Shown here in pieces: positions 9,256 through 16,823 of a DNA stretch of 32,488 nt; position 1 is the stretch's first letter, and every line of letters starts with the position of its first letter. Position numbers and translations under genes: made by a program. A model generated the notes under the pieces. It saw nothing but the letters and a program-made list of their open reading frames with translations. It was not told the DNA's origin and searched no databases. Source of the DNA: a virus (Duplodnaviria; Caudoviricetes); the IMG/VR virus record IMGVR_UViG_3300027791_000079, positions 1 to 32,488 of that record. The stretch is one strand, 5' to 3'.

Positions 9256-9887
9256 TAGATTTGAAATTCTCCTCCGTCCATTTCGCCACCGGCTGTCATA
9301 TCATCGACTGCTTCCATGTCATTACCTGTATTTTCTTCAGTTTTTGTTTGCTCTAAATCATTGTCGTATGCATCTTCAATATCTGATAGATCGATTGTAT
9401 CTTCAGCAATATCAACACTACCTTCTTTAATGTCATCCATCAATTCAAAAGGTATAGTAATTTGCATAAACCAAACTTGATTTTCTTTCATCTTAGGATA
9501 ACGACTTCCTGATTGAAAGTCTTCATATGATGTTACTGCAACTGGAACTTCGATTTTAGATTTCATCATCTTAACACCACAACCAATAGTTGATAGTCTT
9601 AATGATGCTCTTGGGTCAGGCATTAATTTATAGGGCCACATAAAAGTACATTTACATGTGTAACGACCTACATCAGGTCCTTGTACTAATTCACCGTTAA
9701 TCCAGTTTCTGTAAGCATAAATATCTGCTTCGTCCAGGACTCTTTCAAAATCCAATAAAGTATTCATTGCGCCATCAGACATGTAAATATTTTTAATAGT
9801 ATCTACAATACTAATAAAGTCAATGTCTTTGAAGAATGCGTTTGCTTGTGCGGAAGCAAGATTATCGCCTGTAATTGCTTTAGTCAT
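9255..9887 (-). CDS. Hypothetical phage protein with acidic C-terminus
   Basis: 210 aa ORF preceded by GATAAATA 5 nt before the ATG. Confidence 0.75.
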   Translation of the reverse strand: MTKAITGDNLASAQANAFFKDIDFISIVDTIKNIYMSDGAMNTLLDFERVLDEADIYAYRNWINGELVQGPDVGRYTCKCTFMWPYKLMPDPRASLRLSTIGCGVKMMKSKIEVPVAVTSYEDFQSGSRYPKMKENQVWFMQITIPFELMDDIKEGSVDIAEDTIDLSDIEDAYDNDLEQTKTEENTGNDMEAVDDMTAGGEMDGGEFQI

Positions 9888-9892
9888 ACTAG

Positions 9893-9900
9893 TATTTATC
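9893..9900 (-). promoter_or_regulatory. T4-late-like promoter (GATAAATA), leaderless position
   Basis: GATAAATA-CTAGT-ATG. A second copy lies at 9948-9955. Confidence 0.65.
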
Positions 9901-10068
9901 TCTCCGAGATCGCAAAAGATTTTTACGAAAGTATTGCTGGATGCATGTATTTATCACAAAGTGGCATTTCTAAAGCCACTGACATTTTACTTACCTGTAT
10001 CCAGTAAGTATATTATGAGAATGACATTTTATTGTTCTCATATTAACATATCAAATAGGAAACAATTT

Positions 10069-10854
10069 ATGAGTAAACGCAAAACTGGAGCCCTAAGAAA
10101 AAAACATGAACCATACAGACACAAAGACACTCAACACGATGCCGAGGATACATTCTTTATGAATCCCTCTAAGTCCATCGACTTTAGCAAGTATAGAAAA
10201 AAGCAACAGTCACGTAGACCTATCGAACTAATACCTCAGAGTATAAATCAGGAAAAATATATTATAGCATTAAATGACCCTGAAACCGATATCGTTATGG
10301 TCTCTGGCCCAGCTGGAACAGGTAAAACCTACTTAGCAATGTTGGCGGCAATGAGAGCATTAAGATCGGGCGAATGTAATAAGATATTACTAACACGTCC
10401 TGCTGTTGCTGTAGATGACGAAAAACATGGTTTTCTCCCTGGCGACTTAAACTCAAAAATGGAACCGTGGGTAAGACCTTTATTCGATGTGGTACGTGAG
10501 TATTACTCACAGAATGAAATCGAATACATGTTAAAGGAACAAATAATTGAAATCACTCCTTTAGCATTTTGTCGAGGCAGAAACTTCAAACACTCTTGGA
10601 TTATATTAGATGAAGCCCAGAACGCAACACCGTCACAGATAAAAATGTTAATGACAAGGATTGCAGAAGGTAGCAAAATCGTAATCAATGGTGATGTTGA
10701 ACAGACTGACCGAAGAACACATGATAATGGGCTCCTCGATTTGAAAGACAGAATTGATCAGCACAAAGTACCTGGCATGACAGCATGTACTTTTGATCGA
10801 AAAGACATACGGAGACACAAGATTATTGAACACGTATTAAAGATGTATCAATAA
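10069..10854 (+). CDS. phoH: PhoH-family ATPase
   Basis: GPAGTGKTYLA, TRPAV, GFLPGDL, RGRNF, ILDEAQN and GDVEQTD motifs. Start reassigned to ATG 10069 (AGGA RBS) because the track's 9823 start overlaps the opposite gene. Confidence 0.93.
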   Translation: MSKRKTGALRKKHEPYRHKDTQHDAEDTFFMNPSKSIDFSKYRKKQQSRRPIELIPQSINQEKYIIALNDPETDIVMVSGPAGTGKTYLAMLAAMRALRSGECNKILLTRPAVAVDDEKHGFLPGDLNSKMEPWVRPLFDVVREYYSQNEIEYMLKEQIIEITPLAFCRGRNFKHSWIILDEAQNATPSQIKMLMTRIAEGSKIVINGDVEQTDRRTHDNGLLDLKDRIDQHKVPGMTACTFDRKDIRRHKIIEHVLKMYQ

Positions 10855-10875
10855 TTTCATAGGTCCTTATGAACC

Positions 10876-10903
10876 AAAAAGAAAGGGTCAGTAAGACCCT
10901 TTC
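10876..10903 (-). terminator. Rho-independent terminator between convergent genes
   Basis: gaaagggtc/gaccctttc 9-bp stem with a 5-nt loop, followed by U5 on the minus strand. Confidence 0.8.
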
Positions 10904-10923
10904 GCCTACTGAATGATTTGCCC

Positions 10924-11700
10924 CTACAAGGTCTTTACGTTTCTATTCAGCATACTTTTCGCATATGGTATATATGCGATATAAGGATGTGTTACCTGCT
11001 TTTTAATGTCCCATGAGTTTTGTTTCTTTGCAAGACTTGAATAGTATTCATCATCAAACCCTGCTTCAAAATAAGTATGAGTTCCTTTAGCAGTAAAATT
11101 AAAATCTAACAAATCAAATATATTACTATCAAATATTGTTTCTTTATTACTGATTGTATAATCTGTATTATATAGATACTTGTTCGGATTTAATTCTTTG
11201 TTGTTTGTTTTAAAATATTCACGCAAATCGGTATCTAAATCGTTATCATCAAGGTCTGTTACTACTTTTTGTTGTAGATGATCTATGTTACATGATATAA
11301 GTTTAAGATTGTTAGGAAAGACATTATGTATTTGTTGCTTTTGACAATTATCAAGGAAGAATAAGATGCCTTCTGTTAATGCACAATGACCAAATATCTC
11401 ATGTATATAGATATCTCCCTTAGGTAATGTATCATTAAAAATATCTATGTTTAAAATTTCTGCTTTTGTGTTTTTAAATTTATTTCGTAAGATATTGTAA
11501 GACTGGAAGTTTATCTCGCAACTGTAAACTTTTGATGCACCGTATTTTAAACTTAACCAAGTAAAGAATCCTGAACCAGCACCACAGTCAACAATGACTT
11601 TATCTTTTGCATTTTGTTTGATATACTTTATGTATGCATTAGACCTATTACTGTCTAACAACATTTCCCAAACATACATGTCTGGTACAGATGCATTCAT
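10924..11700 (-). CDS. Class I SAM-dependent methyltransferase, protein-arginine-methyltransferase (PRMT)-like
   Basis: EMLLDSNRSNAY, motif I VDCGAGSG, GASKVYSCE, and a double-E loop-like HEIFGHCALTEG. Confidence 0.75.
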   Translation of the reverse strand: MNASVPDMYVWEMLLDSNRSNAYIKYIKQNAKDKVIVDCGAGSGFFTWLSLKYGASKVYSCEINFQSYNILRNKFKNTKAEILNIDIFNDTLPKGDIYIHEIFGHCALTEGILFFLDNCQKQQIHNVFPNNLKLISCNIDHLQQKVVTDLDDNDLDTDLREYFKTNNKELNPNKYLYNTDYTISNKETIFDSNIFDLLDFNFTAKGTHTYFEAGFDDEYYSSLAKKQNSWDIKKQVTHPYIAYIPYAKSMLNRNVKTL

Positions 11701-11701
11701 G

Positions 11702-11980
11702 TTACTTCTTATTTCTTTTGTCTTTCTTTTCTATGGGTGCTTCCATTTCAAGTTGCTCAATAAGTTTAGGATAGATACGTTTGTAGTATTTGGTCATCTG
11801 TTCAAATGTCGTATCATGGTTATTGCCTTCAATTACACATTTGTTTATAGTTCTATCTGAATAGTCCAAGATCACATTTTTTGTGTTCATATCGGACTTT
11901 TTAAGTTTACGTGAAGTTTGCACCAATTCGTCAATCTGACCATTTGGTTTGCGAATATATTGTATTAGTAAGTATCTCAT
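11702..11980 (-). CDS. Hypothetical protein
   Basis: 92 aa, packed between clamp loader and methyltransferase, with TATAAATA 6 nt upstream. Confidence 0.75.
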   Translation of the reverse strand: MRYLLIQYIRKPNGQIDELVQTSRKLKKSDMNTKNVILDYSDRTINKCVIEGNNHDTTFEQMTKYYKRIYPKLIEQLEMEAPIEKKDKRNKK

Positions 11981-11986
11981 ATTAAA

Positions 11987-11994
11987 TATTTATA
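11987..11994 (-). promoter_or_regulatory. Exact T4 late promoter consensus TATAAATA
   Basis: TATAAATA-TTTAAT-ATG in a 17-nt intergenic gap. Confidence 0.65.
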
Positions 11995-11997
11995 CCC

Positions 11998-12921
11998 TCA
12001 AGAAGTCAACTCAACTAAAGTTGCGGCCAAAGATATCTCTGGGATACCTACTAAGGGTAGATTTGCTAGACCATTTCTAATGACAATAATATTTGCATCA
12101 CGTTGTTCATTAGATGCTCCGAACAAGTCTAAGTTCTCATACATCCAACGATATGTGTCTTCGATACGAGTAGGGTACAATGCGATATACTGCATCAATT
12201 GTTGTCTTGCTTCAATCAATTTACCGCTTTTAAATAAGTTTGTTGCTTCTACTAAGAGTTCATCTTCACTCTGTCCTGCACTCTGAGGGGGCCTGAGAGC
12301 GCCGTTACTGCTGTTTACTTGCAGTTGATTGAGACACTTACGTAAGTCAGGATAAGTTGCACGAACATACGTATCTAGCACATCTAATTCAAACTCAACG
12401 TTCTCTGTGACTAGCACAGTCGCCGCTCTTGCTGTAAACTCTGTTGAATCGGGTTTAGCAATATGATATTGATGACACCGAGACTTTAGTGCAGGAATGA
12501 TCTTATGGGCATAGTTACACGTAAGAATGTATCGAACAGTCTCGTGGTATGACTCCATATCATTTCGTAAAGCGGCTTGCGAAGGTTGAGTTAAATAATC
12601 AGCCTCGTCTAACAGCACAACTTTGAACTTGCCGAACGGCATAGTCTGCACAAAGCCATTGATCTTGTCACGTAGAACGTCTATACCATTCTCACGTGAA
12701 GCATTGATCGTTAGCACATCATATTCTTCAACACCTAACTCATTGATTAACAGTTTTGCTAGTGTTGTTTTACCAGTACCAGGATCACCTGACATCAATA
12801 AATGAGGGAAACTTTCTTCTTTGATCCAGCCTTCTACTTGACTTTTTTGATTATCGTCTGTAAAGACATAGCCATCTACTGTGTTAGGACGATACTTTTC
12901 TACCCACAATTGATTCTTCAT
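11998..12921 (-). CDS. Sliding clamp loader ATPase subunit (T4 gp44 / RFC small subunit-like)
   Basis: LWVEKYRP, Walker A GDPGTGKTT, INAS, Walker B LDEAD and SRC motifs. GAGG RBS. Confidence 0.92.
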   Translation of the reverse strand: MKNQLWVEKYRPNTVDGYVFTDDNQKSQVEGWIKEESFPHLLMSGDPGTGKTTLAKLLINELGVEEYDVLTINASRENGIDVLRDKINGFVQTMPFGKFKVVLLDEADYLTQPSQAALRNDMESYHETVRYILTCNYAHKIIPALKSRCHQYHIAKPDSTEFTARAATVLVTENVEFELDVLDTYVRATYPDLRKCLNQLQVNSSNGALRPPQSAGQSEDELLVEATNLFKSGKLIEARQQLMQYIALYPTRIEDTYRWMYENLDLFGASNEQRDANIIVIRNGLANLPLVGIPEISLAATLVELTS

Positions 12922-12953
12922 TCATACCTCTTAGAATTTAAGTTATTACAGAT

Positions 12954-12982
12954 ATTATACAGGGTTTGTGTTAAGATGTCAA
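12954..12982 (-). promoter_or_regulatory. Perfect sigma70-type promoter
   Basis: TTGACA (12982-12977), 17 bp spacer, TATAAT (12959-12954), upstream of the clamp loader. Confidence 0.9.
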
Positions 12983-13020
12983 CACTTTTCTGCGGGTAAT
13001 TTGACCGTTTTTGCACACTT

Positions 13021-13404
13021 TTATGCGCCTTCTTTGTCACCAAATGCCATGTTGTTTTGAGGTTCATCACTTACTAGCATACAGTCTTTTAGATCAACCG
13101 CACGAATTGTTTTCTCGCCCTCTTCGTCTACGATATTAATACCACGTGTCCAACGTCCATGACCAACAAGAACATACTGACCTACTTGAAGTTCTGTCTT
13201 TGGCTGAGCCAATGGTCCTATAGAATAGACTTGTGCCCAACGAGGCTTGATGCCTTGTGATTTCTTATCATCGTCCATCATAATAATACCAGATGCTAAT
13301 TTTTGTGCACCGAAGTCCATACCATGTACAATAACTTTATCACTGATTGCTCTTAATGATTTGCAATGAATACGATTAATATTAGATTTAAGTCCTATTG
13401 CCAT
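13021..13404 (-). CDS. groES: GroES/Cpn10-like co-chaperonin
   Basis: LRAISDKVIV, mobile loop ASGIIM, VYSIGP and LQVGQYVLV follow the Cpn10 pattern. Confidence 0.8.
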   Translation of the reverse strand: MAIGLKSNINRIHCKSLRAISDKVIVHGMDFGAQKLASGIIMMDDDKKSQGIKPRWAQVYSIGPLAQPKTELQVGQYVLVGHGRWTRGINIVDEEGEKTIRAVDLKDCMLVSDEPQNNMAFGDKEGA

Positions 13405-14097
13405 TTACTTTTTACCTTTCTTTTTAGATGTTGCTTTTGGTGTTTCTGTTATGATGTTTTCTAACGCCTCTTTCTTAATTGCTTCGATATCAAAGTCTTC
13501 TTCTAAGTCTGCTAACTCAGCCTCTTCAGGATGCAGTTCTCCCTCTGCTCCGAAACTATCTGGAGCTTCGTCTGCTGATTTCATTACGAATTCTTCAGGG
13601 GGAATAATAGGTTCTAAGTCGGCTTGCATTATTTCTGATTCAGAAGGTTCAATAGTTTCTTGTACTACTGGGTCAGGTTGTGATGTTGCTTGAGCAACTG
13701 GTTCAGTAACTGCTTCTGGTTTTGATTCTTCTACGAGTTTATCTAACATAGGAGTTTCTTGTTTTACTTCTTCAACTACACTAGATTCTTTTTCTAATGC
13801 ATCAAGTTCTCTCTGTTGCTTAGGAGATAAAGGAGCATTTGGATTTGCACTTTTACTGAGATTTGGATTCTCAGGACGTTCTTGTAGAGGTACTGCCCCT
13901 TGCGTTCCTACTTGTGATGCGTAAGAGTCTGCAACTCTCTGAGTGTTTGGTTTTACGATGTTACCATTGCTATCAATCTCATCACCACGAGAGTTAATAG
14001 CATTAATATTACTAACAGCACGTGTTTGTTCTTGTCGTGCAATTAAAGAGGCCATGTCTAATGATTTACCTCTTGCTGTTTTATATACTCTGCTCAT
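13405..14097 (-). CDS. Hypothetical protein with long acidic, low-complexity C-terminal region
   Basis: 230 aa, AGGA RBS, abuts groES. Confidence 0.75.
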   Translation of the reverse strand: MSRVYKTARGKSLDMASLIARQEQTRAVSNINAINSRGDEIDSNGNIVKPNTQRVADSYASQVGTQGAVPLQERPENPNLSKSANPNAPLSPKQQRELDALEKESSVVEEVKQETPMLDKLVEESKPEAVTEPVAQATSQPDPVVQETIEPSESEIMQADLEPIIPPEEFVMKSADEAPDSFGAEGELHPEEAELADLEEDFDIEAIKKEALENIITETPKATSKKKGKK

Positions 14098-14106
14098 ATT
14101 CTTATC

Positions 14107-14613
14107 CTATTTTAAAAATTCTTCGATGTCTAGACCGTAGTAGATACTATTTATACGGTGAATACCGATCAAAAACAAAACAAAACTTGATACACTTGAG
14201 CCTCTTCCGACACCCCAAACAATATTGTTTTCTCTCATTAAATCAACTAAGTATTTCATGTATTGAAGTAATAAGAACTGTCCTCGTTTTTGATACAGTA
14301 ATAGTTCTTTACCTACACGTTGAATTTCTTCTTCATGTTTGCATTGTGTTAATAACCACTTAGCAATATCAAACTCTCTATAGTGTTGAGGCATATGCCA
14401 TTTGCTTCGCATTTCTTCATCAAAGTCTGCGACTGACATTTGTGCTAGTGTATGTTCTATTAGTCCCGGAACGTTTTCGATCTCTAATGAAGGATCTATA
14501 TCTATTTTCATATCCGTCAGAGTATTTGTTAAATGTTGACTAGGATTTTTCATGTAGATATCTACTAAATCTCGTTCAGTATAGATAGGGCGTCCGTAGT
14601 AATCGTTAATCAT
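14107..14613 (-). CDS. Stand-alone fragment of DNA polymerase III alpha subunit (DnaE-like)
   Basis: WGVGRGSSVSSFVLFLIGIHRINSIYYGLDIEEFLK matches the DnaE GPGRGS...LGIT.IDP..Y.L.FERFL motif. Only 168 aa. Confidence 0.8.
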   Translation of the reverse strand: MINDYYGRPIYTERDLVDIYMKNPSQHLTNTLTDMKIDIDPSLEIENVPGLIEHTLAQMSVADFDEEMRSKWHMPQHYREFDIAKWLLTQCKHEEEIQRVGKELLLYQKRGQFLLLQYMKYLVDLMRENNIVWGVGRGSSVSSFVLFLIGIHRINSIYYGLDIEEFLK

Positions 14614-14620
14614 ATGATAT

Positions 14621-14648
14621 ATTATACAGCAATAAATGTAAAATACAA
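14621..14648 (-). promoter_or_regulatory. Probable sigma70-type promoter, leaderless position
   Basis: TTGTAT, 16 bp spacer, TATAAT (14626-14621). The ATG lies 7 nt downstream with no RBS. Confidence 0.55.
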
Positions 14649-14667
14649 GTAATAAGGGTTAGTTATC

Positions 14668-15231
14668 TTAATTCTTTTTACCCTTTTTTACAAATTGAAG
14701 TTCTAGTTTTTCCCAGTCATCATTAGAAAAAAGTTTTACAATGTTATTGTCATCTGTAACTGGTACAGAATGTTCTATGCATAGAGTATTGCAGTTCCAC
14801 CATTTAGTGTTATCTTTGTCTATTGTATTCTCTACTACTTCTGATACTGTACAATAACGAACACCGTCACTTAGATTAGAACTCAGTGTACAGTCTGTAA
14901 CTTTTAAACGACCTTCAGTAATAGAGTTAAACTTTTGTAGTAGAGCCATAGAAATGATCTGATCAAAAGGCTCTTCTGGTAACACACAAACTCTGATGCC
15001 GGCATCTTTATATTTTTGTATTGCTTTAGTATCGGCTTGATGAATGAAAACACAATTGTTTAACACAATCATACCGAAATGTAGTATTCTTTCTAGTGCT
15101 ATGTTTTGTTCAATGATATCCTCTGTTTCTATTAACATAGAAAGAGTCATAAAATATTCGTTGAGGATAAAAGTGTCAGAAAAATGTATCGCAGTCGAAA
15201 AACTCAAGTCTCTTTCGATCCTGGCTGTCAT
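14668..15231 (-). CDS. Hypothetical phage protein
   Basis: 187 aa ORF, tightly packed, AGGA RBS. Confidence 0.75.
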   Translation of the reverse strand: MTARIERDLSFSTAIHFSDTFILNEYFMTLSMLIETEDIIEQNIALERILHFGMIVLNNCVFIHQADTKAIQKYKDAGIRVCVLPEEPFDQIISMALLQKFNSITEGRLKVTDCTLSSNLSDGVRYCTVSEVVENTIDKDNTKWWNCNTLCIEHSVPVTDDNNIVKLFSNDDWEKLELQFVKKGKKN

Positions 15232-15232
15232 T

Positions 15233-15472
15233 TTATTTCCTATCTACTTTAATAGTGTCGCCTATATCTTTGTCATCAAATAATTTGTCTAGTTTTTTTC
15301 TTTGTTCATCTTTATAACTATTCATAACCATGTCAAGTTGATTAACTAAAGGTTGGTTTTGTGTTCTATGTGCAAAAGTTAACTTACCAGTAAGTTCACT
15401 AATTGCTTCCTGTAAGTCTTCAATAGATTTATCTGATAAATCACTTATAAATGGATGATGCATGCCTGTCAT
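15233..15472 (-). CDS. Small helical hypothetical protein
   Basis: 79 aa, GAGGA RBS. Confidence 0.75.
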   Translation of the reverse strand: MTGMHHPFISDLSDKSIEDLQEAISELTGKLTFAHRTQNQPLVNQLDMVMNSYKDEQRKKLDKLFDDKDIGDTIKVDRK

Positions 15473-15481
15473 AGCGTCCTC

Positions 15482-16783
15482 TTAGAATGAGTCTAACGTA
15501 ACTCGCTTCCAGATATCATGTCCTTGCACATAAATTGTTGCGATTACTCCATCCACTTGTGCCGATGTAGCATCTGTTAGTTCTACAGTTGGTCCTGCAA
15601 CACCACCTGCGATACGAGTTCTACTCAATGTCATAGTGGTTGTTGTTGGTGCAGTTTTAACATAGTATGGTGTATTGGCTACTAAACCTGCGTTAGTTAC
15701 ATTAGCGCCTGAAAAGATAACTGGTTGATTTGCCCAAAAAGTATTTGCAATTGATGTTGCTCCTACTGTAAGAACATTACTTGTAACTGATTGTGCGTTC
15801 CCTGCTGTTACATTACTATCAAAGTTCCCTATACAAATGTATGTGTAAGCAATAGGTGAAGCCTGCATCGTTCCTGTTGCAGTTGATAGTGTAAGAGGTG
15901 TAGTAAGTGCAGTATCTGTTGTTACAACAAGACTAGTATCGGCTACAATAGCAGAAACGTAATAAGTTGTGCCTGCAACAGGTCCACCAAATATTGTTCC
16001 GCCGCCTTGAGCAGTGAATTGAATTGGCATACCTACATAAAAGCCTGTAGTCGATGCAACTGTAAAGATATTAGTAGTTATAGTTGTAGCAGTTACTGTG
16101 ATCGGAGTTATTACAGGTGCAACAGCAATATCGCCGTTTCTATCACCTTGATAACCTGTCGGTGTATTTGCATCTCTTGTTTCTATCTGTGATGTTTGAT
16201 AAGGTCTATTGACCGGTTCAATTAAGATTGAATTACCGCAATCGACTGTAGATAGATCATATACTAATCTTCCTGCCCCGTAAGGTGCAGTAGCAATTTG
16301 TAAATTACCTGAATTAAGTGTGTTGTTTTCTAATAGAGTACCACTTACTGTTGCTGGAAAATTAAGATTTGCTAATGTATTTGAAATTGTTAAATCTAAT
16401 GTGATCGTATGTTTAGTTGCAGTTGGTGACCACCCTGCAAGTTGAAAAGTTGTATCACCTGTAATCGTAGCAAACTGTACGTCACCTAATGTACAATCAA
16501 CAACGACAGTACCTGATACATTATTACCTAAATTATATGTAGTATTACGAAATGTTCTAATAGCGGCATTACTAATTAAAGTATTACCCATATTATTATC
16601 TAATGTAATATTATTCAAACCTTGCTTAAGTACTACTTTATCTTGTAGTTCTGTAATTTCAGTACCAGCAGTGTTTAAGTTGTTTTTAATAGCCGTAAAG
16701 TTATCTCTGAACCCTTCAGAACTATTATTTTGTCCCGGAGTCGGATAATTTCCGTCTATTCCGTTTGTATTAATTGTACTCAT
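15482..16783 (-). CDS. Virion structural / tail-fibre-associated protein
   Basis: N-terminal P.PG.NN.S.GFRDNF..IK coiled segment, Thr/Gly-rich beta regions with two P(I/V).F...G...T.YYV modules, and a C-terminal WKRV.L motif. Confidence 0.65.
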   Translation of the reverse strand: MSTINTNGIDGNYPTPGQNNSSEGFRDNFTAIKNNLNTAGTEITELQDKVVLKQGLNNITLDNNMGNTLISNAAIRTFRNTTYNLGNNVSGTVVVDCTLGDVQFATITGDTTFQLAGWSPTATKHTITLDLTISNTLANLNFPATVSGTLLENNTLNSGNLQIATAPYGAGRLVYDLSTVDCGNSILIEPVNRPYQTSQIETRDANTPTGYQGDRNGDIAVAPVITPITVTATTITTNIFTVASTTGFYVGMPIQFTAQGGGTIFGGPVAGTTYYVSAIVADTSLVVTTDTALTTPLTLSTATGTMQASPIAYTYICIGNFDSNVTAGNAQSVTSNVLTVGATSIANTFWANQPVIFSGANVTNAGLVANTPYYVKTAPTTTTMTLSRTRIAGGVAGPTVELTDATSAQVDGVIATIYVQGHDIWKRVTLDSF

Positions 16784-16807
16784 AATTTATCTAATCTCTC
16801 AATATAC

Positions 16808-16815
16808 TATTTATC
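16808..16815 (-). promoter_or_regulatory. T4-late-like promoter (GATAAATA)
   Basis: Recurrent motif upstream of ATG 16783. Confidence 0.65.
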
Positions 16816-16823
16816 TATGCAAA

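Noticed and set aside
9823-10068. 82-aa N-terminal extension of PhoH in the ORF track
   Set aside because: Overlaps the divergent gene and its promoter. ATG 10069 has an RBS.
5517-13404. Bacterial or archaeal chromosomal origin suggested by clpA, dnaJ, groES, phoH and an RFC-like gene
   Set aside because: These genes are interspersed with phage hypotheticals, share the late motif with the structural genes, and lack cellular operon partners.
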